This document shows positions 1 through 14,016 of a DNA stretch of 64,000 nucleotides, piece after piece. The DNA lies in NCBI RefSeq assembly GCF_963853765.1, contig NC_088858.1, positions 14,632,001 through 14,696,000 on the forward strand, written 5' to 3'. Within the stretch, counting starts at the first letter, position 1; each line of letters starts with the position of its first letter. The translations under genes were made by a program, and so were the position numbers. Source of the DNA: Magallana gigas. Taxonomy: Eukaryota. The notes below the pieces were generated by a model. That model was not told the DNA's origin, ran no database searches, and saw only the letters and a list, made by a program, of their open reading frames with translations.

Positions 1-3000
1 TCCGTCATACTCTGGGTGGTACCGTTGGCCTTTGTCAAAGGGAATGTTCATGCTGTTTGCGACATCCTTGTACAGTTGTTTAGACGGCTGACCCAGGAAT
101 TCGTCCACAAACCCCGGGAGTTCTAGGCTTAACTTAGCTACTAGGTTTGTGTAGACAGAGTTATTTACCTGATGGTGATATTCGTCTGGTGGCATCACAT
201 CTGTCAAAGATTAAGTTTAGCAGAATCCAATTTATTACGCAACAAAAATTGCATCAGTTTGATTAAAAAAAACCACATTTACTCCTTTGACCTTTATAAG
301 AAGAAATTGATGGTTTAAATCGAGTTATAGTAAGTCATAAGGTTCTTGATGTGGCTATATGACGAAAAAGAACAAACCATTGATGTCATATAATGTTGTC
401 ATTTTATTAAACACTGCTCGTGACGCCCAGAAATCGGCTATATCCCTTATCATTTCATTCCCTCGTTCATGGAGTAAGAAATCAGTGTCACGTGTCAAAT
501 ATATGTATTGTCTGACGGCAAACGCTATATCGCCAGTTATATGCTTTTCAAATTGGAAATAAGGAGGAACTGGTGTGACGTCATATCCTGAAATCGAAAT
601 AATGAAATGTTTATGGCACATTGTATGTATAAATATATGGTAATCTACATTTTTTAAATATTTTTAACCACTGAATGCGCTTTCCCAGGGATACATGGCT
701 CCATTGTACCCTCTCATCATCGCCTGATGTTTGGCGTTGTCAAGAGTTCTGGTTCTTGTTTTGATGATGGCTTTACCGATTTCAACGTGCAATAGTTGAA
801 TGGGCGGATACATCCAGGTTTCTTGATCCCAGAACACATGACCGTTATACATCTAAATATTAGGATGTTTATAGTAATATAGTAATAATTTTAAGAACAA
901 TACCTCGTAGGAACCCTAGCAACTTTCCAATCAAATAAACAATTAAAGATTTTATTTATCTTATTTAGGAATGAAATTCTTACCAAACCGTGGGCAAGAT
1001 CTCCAGGAGAGAGACCAATAAAATCTGGATGTTCTGACAAGGGGAGGGAGCTGAGAATGTAATATAACGAGGAATAGATTAAAGTAGCTAGTTCGTCGTT
1101 CCCTGATACTTCCATTCGCCCTTTAGACCACAATGTTTGCCACGACTGAATGTGCTGGGACTCCAGTGAATTGTTGAAGAATAGATCAACGCCTGCGTAA
1201 AAGAAATTCTACAATAAAAAGCTAGAATTCTAGCGATCGGAATTCCATTGTTATCTGTTGATAAACGAACCTTTGGTGAACTGGGTGTTTGCAGTTTGTG
1301 GATTGCTATCAACACTGAGAAGAAAGAGTCTCGCCAATCTTCGATTAGGTCCAACACAGACGTATGGAGGTATGGGAGAATATACCATTGTAACGTTACG
1401 AGTTTCATTCCAAGAGTATTCGAACTCTTTAACTCTTCCAAAGAAAACTCTGAAGAAAAAATGAGCAACTGTTTGTAATATTAGTTCCATGATTAAACGT
1501 ATGTTTCAGCCAAATGCAAGGTTTGAAAAATAAAAGTTTAGGATTCAATCTATTGAGAGCTTTAAAAAAGTGATACATGTACAGGTCATTCCCATGTACC
1601 TTCTGTCTTTGCCTAAAGGTGGCGACTTATCCCCACTGAGTGTATTATCCAGATCATCGGTAACGACGGGCGCTCCACCGCCGAGTTTGACTTTTATTGG
1701 CGCCTCATTGTGATTCTGTACGAGGAGCTCGGTCACCATCAGTTGAGGGATGGAGCGGTGGGCGTAAGTCTTCAACGTCACGGAGACGCTTTCCCCGACA
1801 TGACTCTCCAGGAACAAACCTTTTAAAAATGTTTTCATTGAAATTTTCAATATCTTATATTAGAACCATTTTAACAAAAGCTTGGACTTTGGGTAGTTGT
1901 GTTAAACAGCAATGCCACGTAGGCCTGTCTATTTCATTTTAGACCACTCAGGCATGGCTCTTTGAAATCAACACGATTTGTCTCGCTTTTGAGCAAAGAC
2001 TACGCAATCGGTGTATATTTCGCTTGAAACCAGCGTCATTTTAACTTGTTTTGACGCAAGAAATAGATCGTTACATCCTACTAAAAGTCCAAGGTCTTGT
2101 TAAAATGGTTCTATTTGCCTTCGATGTTTGAATTAGTAATACCATGGATATTAAAACCTGCTCACTTTATTACACATCAATCATTGAACACATGTATACA
2201 TGAATACGATGCATTTTTTATGTACCGTTTTTGAGATCCAGGCTATATTTAGACGTGACGTTGCCGTCCATGCTGACGTTTCTGACAAGAATAGCCGGTA
2301 GAAGAGCCCTGTGAGTTTTTATGGCGTACCCATTGTATAGACCGTTCATACAGAGCGTGTCTGTTTTGACTACCGTGGCTATGTGACCGTTGCCGATGGT
2401 AGGAAGAACTCTAGTGTCATTGGGTATCCTGTTGTTTGTGATAAAAATAATGTCCTACGACTACATGTTTATATAAGACATACAACAAAAGTGTACTAAG
2501 ATCTCTTAACGCTTTTGCAATGAGCTATTTATCTAAAAACTTTAAGTGTTGTATGATACAATCAAGTCCATGTGGATGATTACATATGTTCGACGATTAA
2601 CAGATTTTAATATGTGCATATATTCTAATGATGTCTGTCAAATTAAGAGAGCTACATATATGGTCGTGACCAATTTTTTACTATATTCATCTCCTCAGAA
2701 GAAGGGCTTTTTATAAACACATAACAAAGTATTCATTTTTAAAGATGATATATATGGATTTTTTCTGAACTAAATCATAGATAATAACCAAACACACTAT
2801 GCAAATCAGAAAATAAAAGGAAGATCAGTGTTTAATGTATTAACCACCCAGCCTCCTTGATATACATCCGTATAGTATGTATAGTCAAAACTTGGCGTAC
2901 AAGTACTGACTTACGTGTCACTGCTTAGTACGGTTACACCGGGTGTCACTGTCCAGACTCGAGCATCAATGTCCAGTGGTACCTTTTCCTCGCGGTCTCC

Positions 3001-3129
3001 ATGGGATAAAACCATTTCGTTTTCACTCATTACTGTGTTTCCTATATCAGAGCACGTTACATCTTCAGCAGCCCGTGCATTGGTCTCCAGCATACCCAAC
3101 AAAGCAAGGAAAACTAGCAGCAACATCAT
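1..3129 (-). CDS. PGGHG: GH65 protein-glucosylgalactosylhydroxylysine glucosidase / acid trehalase-like protein, copy 1 (3' end outside window)
   Basis: Exons 3129-2915, 2428-2226, 1819-1600, 1449-1271, 1192-984, 852-669, 587-378 and 200-<1, all GT-AG with compatible phases. Motifs: PTIGNGHIAT, GHVFWDQETWMYPP, GAMYPWESAFSG, HITGDIAFA, VMPPDEYH, YHPEYDG. Hydrophobic N-terminus MMLLLVFLALLGMLETNARA. The start could instead be the upstream in-frame Met (MKPDV). Confidence 0.9.
1861..2113. mobile_element. ~250-bp MITE with TAGAACCATTTTAACAA terminal inverted repeats
   Basis: Starts TAGAACCATTTTAACAAAAGCTTGGACTT and ends AAGTCCAAGGTCTTGTTAAAATGGTTCTA. A second diverged copy lies at ~31473-31727. 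Confidence 0.7.
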
Positions 3130-4193
3130 AGAGAAGTTCGACTTCAATGCACTAGGGGATATGCTGGACTTGGAAACATCAGGTTTCATTCTGTATTTGA
3201 TAAGTGACAATTTACAATGCTTTGGTACAGATAGTTGGTTATCTTGGTTACCGAGGACTTTTTGTTTAGAGTATCGCATTCAAGTACTTGGTAACAACCC
3301 CCTAATCAGGCTGTACAAGATGTTTCATACGTAATTCTATGTGTAATAGTAGTCCAATGATCAATACACATGTATTAATTACAACAAATATGTTGTTTGT
3401 TTCCAAAACATGTATGTTAAATTCATCCAAACAAAGTTTGCTCTTTCAAAATATTAAATGTAAAGTACATGTTTGCCTATGTGCCTACAAATATATATAC
3501 TTCTATCTGCTAACTTTGGTGTATGAATGCTTGCTAAACCGTTTTAGGGATGTTTGCAGATTTCCGTTAAACAACGTATTATTCTTTTTTACTTGTTCGA
3601 AATAATATGATGACAGGTTAATATACTAGCAAAGTGTAGACAACCCTTACCAGAATCAGACATGCGAGCACGTTTAAGTGATATCTTTTGAAATCATTCT
3701 TTAAACAACGATTGTTGGCATTACAGAAAAAAATCTAGTGTAAAAATATAAACTGTTATAGGAATATCATGAATTAATCAACAATACAAGTACATGTATA
3801 TATCTTTATTTTTAAAAATTCAAATATAATTCGATTTTTAAAAAAACATTATCGTTAGACGTAATACCGGTGTTAAATGTTGCAAAAGTGGAAAGCTCAT
3901 TTGGTAGATCTGTGACACCACACCATCTTTGGACATTTGGGCTGTTAGCTTTATTATCTCACCCAAATACGATTTTGATTATACTTATTGGTGCATGTTA
4001 ATAACATAATATATGTCAGACTGTTTGCTTAATTAACTTACCCAAATATGATATTATTATGTTCATTCATGCATGTTTCCCTTCAGGAAATATCAGTATA
4101 ATACACGCCCGGCTGTTGGCATCATTACTATCTTACCCAAATATGATATAATTATGCTTATTAATGCATGTTTTCCCTAAAGAAAATAGTATA

Positions 4194-7100
4194 TTACATA
4201 TATGAGTTTCTGTCTAGTGTGAGCGGTAGATCTGGCACTATGGAGGCTTTTGTCGAAGAAAACATTTGTATTTCATTTTGTTTCAATGTGAAGGCTTTCT
4301 CTTCGTATTTTAACGTCAGGGTAAATTCAGCTGCCTTGGTCAGCCTCACAATGGTTGTATCTTTGGTAAAATAGAAATCTATGGATCCTCCTAGGTAGTC
4401 TAGTCCTGTGATGTTGAAGGAGGAGGTGGAGGGAGGGAGACGTCCGTGGAAGTCGATCCTGTCAGGGCGGAGTCTGAAGCCGCCATAACCAAACAGCAGG
4501 GACTGCAGGAACCCTCCCATCCCCGTGATGAAATTGACAGCGCCCGTACCGTCATCGAGTTCTGTCCACACCTGTAATGTACAAAAAGCAGTTGTTGCAC
4601 GTGACTTTTCACTATCATTTTGCTAGCATATGTATGTCCTTGTCATCCAGTGGACAACTTTATACGGGAACCAGATCATATTACAAGTCGTTATACATAA
4701 CTAATACAGAAAACAGACAAACAAAGAGTCCTTATATACTACATGTGTATTTAAATAGTATCTTAGTGAAATGGAATTCATAATAGAAAGTTGTTCTACA
4801 ACGCTTGATCAAAGGTGTTTTGTGCAAAAATAAATAAGTCGAATCTATGCTTAAATCTTATTTATTTTTCATCTACCTATATAAAAAAGGGTTTGCCAAT
4901 CAATGAAAAAGAAATAAAATCAACACAAGAAAACGTTTTTAAGATATTTTATAGTCAAACCCCATTATCTCGGAACTGATTAGAGTCTTAGACTGAAAAA
5001 AAGCTTTTGGTCTAAAATGGCATGGTCACTATTTTCAATGATTTTTTCACAATTTTGATTGTGTACAATGCTTTAATAATAAATTTGTAATGAATAACCA
5101 TAATATGATTGTCATTCATAGAATTTAAAGCAAGGAACGGAGCTCACAATTATTTGTTATGCAAATAAGTTTCGTACCAGGTTTTTGTTTACATTGGTTC
5201 AATGTCCCGTAAACGTTCTTTTTCAAGCGAATTTTTTTATCTGCTAATTTGTTTTGAACAAAGATAAACAGTTCCTAGCGTTTGTCACATTCATTTTGGG
5301 TCTAAACCTGGACTTCTCTTTTCAACATTCAAAATGTAAACAAAAACATGACTGAGTTTTGTTTACATAACAAGTAACTCCACTACACACACTCAAGTTT
5401 TGGTTGCTCATCAGAAATACCTTGCTCAAGCATGATTGTAAACACTGAGATTGGAAAAGTTAAATTTCGACCAAAATCGTGAACATGCCCCTTTAAACGC
5501 ATACTAAAACAGAAATGATGACTTCCAACTCGCTCGAAATATCCATTATATCAAAGTTATTGATGTTTGAGTTACTTTTGTTCGACTGTTTTACACATCA
5601 AACAGAACAAATTGACAAGAATGGAACATTATACATGTATATAGAACTATCTAACATCTTTGTTCTTATTGGGATGTTTTGGTATACCTTGTATAATTTT
5701 GTACAAATGATGTGTTAAATTTTTGTTTTGCTGCCTTCAGTGCGTCACCAAAATCAAAGTACTGAAGTACTGTAAGCCGGGCTCTTTTGGTGTGTTTTAT
5801 GCATATTGTGTAGTNNNNNNNNNNNNNNNNNNNNNNNNNNNNNNNNNNNNNNNNNNNNNNNNNNNNNNNNNNNNNNNNNNNNNNNNNNNNNNNNNNNNNN
5901 NNNNNNNNNNNNNNNNNNNNNNNNNNNNNNNNNNNNNNNNNNNNAGCGTCAGAGAGCTACAAATTTTGTAAGCGGCTATAAACAAAAATATGTCTGTCTA
6001 GTAGAAAAAAGTTCAAGTTGCTGCCTTCAATTTTGCAACAAGCGTTATATATCAATTCCCATTTCTTCATCGCGCAGCAAAGTAGTATATGGAAATTCAT
6101 GCGCATTGTCTCCAAAATGCATAGGCTTGTTTATAAAACACGTTATTAATAAGAAAACTAAAAAAGATAGACAATTCTCTCGAGTTAAAAAAGAAGAAAC
6201 AAAATGCCAACACTTTTGACAAAACGTGGCTCCTTGTGTAACTATTTGGTATAGCGGAAGCTTTTACTTCGACGCTGTTTGGTTTTTTGTTTACTTTTGA
6301 AGCTGTACTATTTATAGTAACATTGGCGATTTGCCTGCCTACAGCCAGGACTATGCTTTCAGCAGAGCCCGGCTAAAAGTTGATGGACTGAATTTGATAA
6401 AACTCAGTTTCAATGATACTAGTACGTAAAATTTTGGCCAATGATTCGATCAATACAATATGTTGCAACAACATTTATCAAAACAAAGACTGAACATTTC
6501 AATTCGTGGATTAACTCAACGACGAAATCCACGAAATTGGTATTCAACAAATTTTGATGAAATTAACCATAGTAGTTTAGTTACATTAAATGGCTTAGCG
6601 ACATTCAGCAGCTGGCGTGTAAACTGGGTCGATGCCTTAGTTATATCTCCAATCTCCAGGTTCCCGATGGAGAACATACTCCAGGTCATGGCTGGACCTT
6701 TTGATGTCACCTGGAATAGACAATCGTAACTACTCGGTCGTTTTTGTAACCACACGTAATGGAACAGAGCAAGCGTGACCACATGCTGGAATAGTTTTAC
6801 ATTAGAACTGCATTTTGCGTTACTTGATGTTATATTGATCCAGGGGTCTCTTTGTTACATACAACTTTAACACTGCGAGTCTAAATCATAATTCCTATTG
6901 CCACAATATAATCCGATATCACAATCAAATGCAACTTTTGAGTGTCAGAGTACAGGTATTCTGACTTCGTATTTTGTTTTTATTCCATGTCAAAAAGTCT
7001 TGCCAAGCAGTTAAAATCCATTATTATTAGCATTGAGTGCCAATAATTATATATGCAAGTGTATTTTTTAACTGTTTCCGATATTATACTGTTCGTGCTA

Positions 7101-8946
7101 AAGAATGGTTTCTTTCGAACTGACCGCTTCGTATATCCGGAGGTCATTCCTTCGTGTAGACTCGTCCATGTTTATCATGAGAGGGAATCCCATTAGGACA
7201 ACGTCAGCTTGTTTCACGGGTTCATCTGAAAGAGTGTATATAGAATGTCACAAACTCTATGGGAAAGAAACATTTATTAAAACTTTCTTCCTTTATATCA
7301 ATATCATTTCTGAATGTAACATTTTCATGCGTCTTTAATTGGGGGGGGGGGGGCTGTAAGCTTAATCGAAAATATTTGATATGGTTTGCATTATATTTCG
7401 TTATAACATCATCAACATGTATCACTGTTATATGGGGTGTACTATTACAAGAATTTTAGTTGGTGTAGTTTTCTGTTGTGCTAGAGATTTTACTGTACCA
7501 AAAAATCATAACTGTGGCGCTGACACAAGAAAACAGTTGTTGAGAACCATATGACCATGATTAGAAACCGCTGATTAAGTCAATTGTTCCAAAAACTTAT
7601 ATGATCTTGGAAATTAACAAATTAAACATGTATTACTTTTTGTGTAGCCATCAAATTCGGGATGATAGTCAAGTTGTTTGTCATAGGGAATGTACATTTT
7701 GTCAGCAATGGCTTTGTATTTTGGATCGGGTTTGATGTTCATCACATTTCCCACAAACTCCGGGAGTAAGAGACTTAGTTTAGCGACAGCGTTTGTGAAG
7801 GCCGAGTTATTCACTTTCTTGTGCCATTCATCAGGAGGCATCACGTCTACAAAAAATACAATACATTAAACAGTGACATATACCTGTACAAGTAACATGA
7901 CATTTCCTTGCAAGCAAATGTTGGTGTTGGAGACTACTCCATGAATCTAAATATTTTCGACGGGACGTTAAATCGGCAAATGGCATTAAGTATGGTTTGT
8001 CATTAGAAAATAGCTACTTAACCTCATTTAATTCACATGTATGAGCACTTGAATTTGTTAACCTACCATGGATTTCGTACATATTTGTTGAGTAATTCAG
8101 GAAAACTCGTGAAGCCCAGAATTCTGCTATTTCTTGCACTAGCTCTATTCCACTCTCTTTAAGGAACCTAATGTCTCGTGTCATATAAAGGTACTGTCTC
8201 AAGGCAAACGAAATATCTCCTGTGATGTGTTGTTCATTCAAAAAATAAATAGGTATTTCTGTTACGTCAAGACCTGTAAGAAACAAAGTTCCATTGTTCA
8301 AAACGATGTTCCATAATCACAAACAACGTGATACATCATCCATAACAAAATACGTCTATAACATGATATGTATATTTGTTTTCCCTTGGACTGAAATGTC
8401 ACATTTTCATTGGTTTAAACATAGCACGTGATTGCCTCATATATCTCTATATTTGTTCTGTGAGAAATAATATTAGGCAATATGGCCGTCATTGGTCGAC
8501 GCTTCGCTTACTCATTTCGACATTTCATAGTATTTTATACATAAACTGCATGCTGTAAGTTCTTAAAGTATTTGGAGTTGTTGCCCTTTGAAATTCTTTA
8601 AAATTAGAGTAGTTGCCCTTAGAATATTGAAGTCACATTGTTTTGTCTGGAGCAGAACAAAATGGCAGCGACGAAATTTGCTAAAATCTCTGCAGAGGAA
8701 AGGGAGAAAACATTTGAAATTAAATAGCAACAAAACATTGTAAGTAAACATGGGTAAAGCAAAGATTTTGAAAGAGTATTTGAAAGGTGAGATGAAAATT
8801 TTGAAGAGTTTAAATGAGTTAAATTGGACGAGATGTAAGGCATCTTGTACATGGCTTTGCGTAGATCATCGCTATTTGTGAATAAATATGTCGCTTGATA
8901 GTCCTCGAGAAAACAAAACACTTATTAGGTTAGTTACTGACTCACT

Positions 8947-8979
<33 letters not shown>

Positions 8980-9685
8980 AGGCTCGGCTTCGCCTCGCCA
9001 TCTATGAGATAGATCAACCCAATATATTTCCGTAGTGAGTCAGTAACTAACCTAATAAGTAATATTGTTTTCCCTTGGACTGAAATGTCACATTTTCATT
9101 GGTTTAAACATGGCACGTGATTGCCTCATATATCTCTATATTTGTTCTGTGAGAAATAATATTAGGCAATATGGCCGTCATTGGTCGACGCTTCGCTTAC
9201 TCATTTCGACATTTCATAGTATTTTATACATAAACTGCATGCCGTAAGTTCTTAAAGTATTTGGAGTAGTTGCCCTTTGAAATTCTTTAAAATTAGAGTA
9301 GCTGCCCTTAGAATATTGACGTCACATTGTTTTGTCTGGAGCAGAACAAAATGGCAGCGTCGAAATTTGCTCAAATCTCTGCAGAGGAAAGGGAGAAAAC
9401 ATATAAAATTGAATAGCAACAAAACATTGTAAGTAAACATGGGTGAAGCAAGATTTTGAAAGAGTATTTGTAAGGTGAGATTGAAAATTTTGAAGAATTA
9501 AAATGAGTTAAATTGGACGATATGTAAGGCATATTGTACATGGCTTTGCGTAGATCATCGCTATTTGTGAATAAATATGTCGCTTGAAAGTCCTCGAGAA
9601 AACAAAACACTTATTAGGTTAGTTACTGACTCACTACGGAAATATATTGGGTTAATCAATCTCATAGAAGGCTCGGCTTCGCCTC

Positions 9686-9722
<37 letters not shown>

Positions 9723-12700
9723 AGTGAGTCAGTAACTAACCTAATAAGTAATAATATAACATGATACATCCATAACATGATACATCTATAAAATGATACA
9801 TCTTGAACAATATACATCTAAAATATGATACATATATAACATGATACATTTATAACATGATACATCTAAAACATGATGCATCTATAACAATATATATATA
9901 CATCTATAACATAATGCATCTATAATGGCATGATGCATCTATAATTTGACACAAAAACGCACACAGATTTATACCTGAGAGAGCAGTTTCCCATGGGTAC
10001 ATGGCTCCTTTATATCCCCTCATCTTGGCGGTCTGTATGGCGGCGTCTAGAGTGCGGACCCTGGTTTGTACGATGGCCTCCCCCATCTTACTGTGGAGCA
10101 GTAGTATCGGTGGATACATCCATGTTTCCTGGTCCCAGAACACGTGACCCATGTAGTCCTTCATACACAAAAATAAATACTTTTTATTTAACATTTCTCT
10201 TGATTGAAACCGTGTACTTGATATTTAAATAGCACACAGCGAAACAATAATTGCCAACATGTACTGGTACTTTTATAAAACAAAAAATTAAAATTGAATT
10301 TTGATGATATGTTAAAAACATTAAATATCATAATAAGTTTCGTGCATTCACGTTATGTTAAACATGTAAATAAAATTAAAGTTTGTGTGTAACAATAAGA
10401 AAGTACCTGGTGTCCCTCACCATGAGCCAAATCCCCGGGAGACAGACCCACAAAATCTGGGGTCGGTCCCAAAGGGAGAGAACTTATGATATAGTACAAG
10501 CTGGAATACGCCAAAGTAGCCAATGTATCATTGCCATTCAAATCAATTCGACCATTCCTCCATACATCTGCCCAACCATTGACGTGGCTCGACTCAAGGT
10601 TTCCATTAAAAAACATTTGCACGCCTATTGGAAGTATTTCAAAAAGAAATTGTTTTGTCTCAAATGTCAACCTTTTTGAAAATAAAAATAGTATTTTAAA
10701 AAGTTGCTTAATTAATTGATTTTATTGACAATATGGTAACGACAAAAAAGGAACCTTTGTCGAAAGATTTCTTTGCAGTTGTGGGGTCTAGATCAACACT
10801 TAGTAGAAAGAGGCGGGTAGTTTTTTGGAATGGTTCCACGGAGATTTCCTCTGGTATAACAGTGTGAACCATGGTGACGTCTTGTAATCCCGTGACGTCA
10901 TATTCCATTTCTTTTGTTCTTCCGCTTATAATGCTACATGCAGATAGAAATAGTTCTTACATATATGTACATATGTACATGGTGGTATATTACAAGATAG
11001 GAAGACTTGAGACATTGTACGTAAAATAGATAGGTAATTTATAGTTGGTATTAATCGTTTTGGTTTACATACAACTAATTGGAAGGAGGCATAGATCATT
11101 CGACCATGATTTGACAAAAGAATTGTGTTTACTTAGTAATATGTTACATCATGACTGTTTTATTCAAAAATAAGACTCGAATAGTTATCAAGAACCCTTT
11201 TTCTTGAGGAATATATTCTATTATACCCGATAGATTGGTTGACCGCGTGAGTGATATCCAAATCCTCAGTGTCAGCAATCCTAGAGGAATTCAAACCCAA
11301 CCTAACGTTTGCTGATCCTGCATTTCGAACAGTCACCATGGTGACGAGTAGCTGTTTAATTGTTCGATGAGCAAACATTTTTATCCTGACAGATAAATCC
11401 TTTGCCGCTATCTCCTCTACAAACATACCTGAAGTAAACAAAGAAAAAGCATGCATTAAGCTGACATGAATTCATAAAAGCGTTTGGTCGCCATATTAGT
11501 TTCGATCGCTCCTCTACTGCCACTGGGGTATATATACTGGTCGAGAAAGTTACGGTCGGTTGCATTCAGTTTGCACGGACTTCTAAATGCATCTACTACA
11601 CATTGCAGTAAAATGTTTGCAATGAAGAATAAAGGAAACAACAATCAATAAAATACAAAATATATTTATTCTTTGAAAGAATTTCCAAGGTACTAGTATC
11701 CGTATTATTTTGCACAGATAGCGCTGCCTTACTTCACATGCTCATCGAACACGTGTGTCGTCGTTACAGAGAGCACAACGTCTGCATCTTTTTGAAATCC
11801 CGGCGGCACTACATCCAACCCAGTAGCTAAATGATAGTAAATCCAAGAAAGTAACAACGTAGCAGCGACTCTTTTCCATCGGTTCTATAAAAACGCTTCC
11901 ATGCGATCACTGACATTGCTCGATCACCCACAGTGTGTGGTTGCGCATGTGCGATGTTATAAGATAAACAGGAAAAGGTCTACAATTATTGAGGATTTTT
12001 TATGTTCATGTGCCTGGATTTCAGTCTGCCTTGTTTCGTCGTTCATTGGATATATTCCTAATCAGTGCAGTGGTTGTCATATTATTTTTGTTCAAAACGC
12101 GTTTCTACACATCTTTTCGTCCAAGGTAACGTGTTCGGGTGTATGAAATACCTGAATGCGGTGAAGCATGAATAGTGCTCTCTGCCTTATATAGGGGGTG
12201 TGTAGCGATGAGCAGAACAATAGAAATCGACAACTAATATGGCTGTAGTCGGAGATAAAAGGGAAATAATGCGTATTTATGAATTCATGTCAGCTTTAAC
12301 CACGATGTGAATGATTGAATGATAACGAGGAGGAGGAGGATAACGACAGTTATTGCTCACTCACCAGCAGCGAAGTCAAGAGTGAATCGTTGTTCCTGAA
12401 AACTCGATGAATTTATGTTCCTAATGAATACAGCAGGCATTTTTGCACGATGGCTGGTGATGTTATGACCATTATAAAGTCCGTTCATAAAAACTGCGTC
12501 ACCTCTTATCACGGTGGCTACATGGCCGTTCCCGATAGACGGCATGAGGCGTTGGTCGTCCGGCAAACTGCAAAATTAGGGTAAGCACACTGAATGACAA
12601 AAAGGAAATTTGCGATGCATTATATCTCCAAACCAACGGGTCGTAAAAAGATGATACGAGATGGTCCAAGAAATATTTAAGTTTATCGGGGCATATTTTC

Positions 12701-13192
12701 GGTAATTTTAGTGTGTAAATTTAAGAAATTGGAATTTTCCTGGGGGGATCCGGACCCCCAATCCCCCTTTTGATCCGCACATTCTAATCAAAAGATGACT
12801 GAAGAGGATCAGGTAAGCTAATAATATATCGTAAACCGTTTGTAGAAGTTACCCCATGTGACAGTGTTGGTTGTCGTTTAATATCTATCCTACCTTACAG
12901 TAAATGTTGTATACGGCCTTGTTCGAAGTCTTTACTCGAAGAATGAAACAAAGTGGATACAATAGATTGATAGGTACCTGTTTACGGATAGGGAGGTGAT
13001 ACCTGGGATGTTGAAAGGCGAAGTCACGCGGGGCAGACTCTTTGTCAATATTTGCCCGCCATGAGAGATTGCAGTCTTGGCATTTTCTTCGTTTCCATCT
13101 CTTGGTAATTCATATCGCATTCCAGCCCATGTGGTGTCGCACATAATTAGAGTTGTAAGCGCTATTACCAGCATCTTTTTTGAAAAAGACAT
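4194..13192 (-). CDS. PGGHG: GH65 PGGHG-like glucosidase, copy 2 (complete, 11 exons, ~740 aa)
   Basis: Exons 13192-12978, 12567-12365, 11428-11227, 10933-10755, 10624-10407, 10158-9975, 8273-8067, 7846-7637, 7225-7125, 6710-6585 and 4571-4194 sum to 2223 nt (740 aa + stop). The GH65 acidic catalytic-region motifs FWDQE, PPDEW, KQADV and VWTELDDGTGAVNFITGMGGFLQ are intact. Signal-like segment MLVIALTTLIMCDTTWA. Confidence 0.93.
5015..5492. mobile_element. Kolobok-type non-autonomous MITE (diverged copy)
   Basis: The 3' end CCAAAATCGTGAACATGCCCCT|TTAA and degenerate 5' end ATGGCATGGTCACTATTTT match the family at 30829-31327. Confidence 0.65.
5815..5944. other. Assembly gap (N run)
   Basis: Run of N. 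Further gaps lie at ~13283-13413, ~14066-14193 and ~29813-29970. Confidence 0.99.
8373..9749. mobile_element. Tandem dimer (689-bp period) of a Crypton-like non-autonomous element in PGGHG copy 2 intron 6
   Basis: Two near-identical units at 8373-9060 and 9061-9749. Each ends in a 141-bp hairpin (8920-9060, 9609-9749). Each carries a stop/frameshift-riddled frame MAATKFAKISAEEREK..KAKILKEYL..ENFEEF..KLDEM..LYMALR that resembles the N-terminal region of Crypton tyrosine recombinase proteins. Confidence 0.55.
9750..9950. repeat. Minisatellite, ~16-17-bp unit (AACATGATACATCTAT)
   Basis: About 11 imperfect tandem copies. Related units at ~8325-8370 lie on the other side of the Crypton-like dimer. 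Confidence 0.85.
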
Positions 13193-13519
13193 TCTCAAAT
13201 CACAACTCCATCTTGCAGATTTATAATGAATGTTAGGAAGATAATATAGACTAAATAAATGGAAAATGACAGAGATTAATGANNNNNNNNNNNNNNNNNN
13301 NNNNNNNNNNNNNNNNNNNNNNNNNNNNNNNNNNNNNNNNNNNNNNNNNNNNNNNNNNNNNNNNNNNNNNNNNNNNNNNNNNNNNNNNNNNNNNNNNNNN
13401 NNNNNNNNNNNNNTTTACATTGGATCATGAAAAAATGATGGTGATAATCAGTCTTTTCCAAAGACTGGAAACTATCTTTATAGACATTATTGAATTATGC
13501 TATCCATACAAGTCATTAA

Positions 13520-14016
13520 GGGGCATGGTCACGATTTTGGTCAAATTTTATTTTTCTATTTCAATTGTTTAGAGTGCTTTAGTAATGCATTTCTCATGAT
13601 ATATCAAAATTTAATAGTTAGTCGTAAAGTTATAAGCAAGATGCGGGGCTGACAATTCTTTGTTATGTAAACAAGACTCGTGCCTTGTTTTCGTTTACAT
13701 TGGTTCAACATACCGGTAAAATCTCTTCTTCAAGTTGATTTTTCTATATGCAAGCTCGTTTTAAACATAAATAAATAGTTCCTTTAGTTTGTCACATTCA
13801 TTTTAGGTCTAAACCTGGAATTTTTTTTTCAACAATCAAAATGTAAACAAGAACTTGGTTTTCAAAGCAAATAATTGTAAGGTCTGTATCTCGCTTATAA
13901 CTTGAACACTGACCCCTAAGTTTTGGATGACAGTTATAAATGCCTTACTAAAGCATTGTAACATTAAAACCTAAAAAATCTAATTTTTGAAATAAAAATA
14001 TCGTGACCACGCCCCT
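13520..14016. mobile_element. Kolobok-type MITE
   Basis: TTAA|GGGGCATGGTCACGATTTTGG ... ATATCGTGACCACGCCCCT|TTAA; ~497 bp. Confidence 0.8.

Noticed and set aside
2226-2428. Apparent frameshift in PGGHG copy 1 exon 2
   Set aside because: On recounting, the exon is 203 nt like copy 2 and reads through (SKYSLDLKNG), so there is no lesion.
5723-6219. ORFs spanning N runs (also 13276-13572 and 29755-29996)
   Set aside because: Artefacts of assembly gaps.
11650-12350. GC-richer patch in PGGHG copy 2 intron 2 as a nested gene
   Set aside because: Only short ORFs without recognisable motifs or a coherent splice chain; more likely a repeat remnant.
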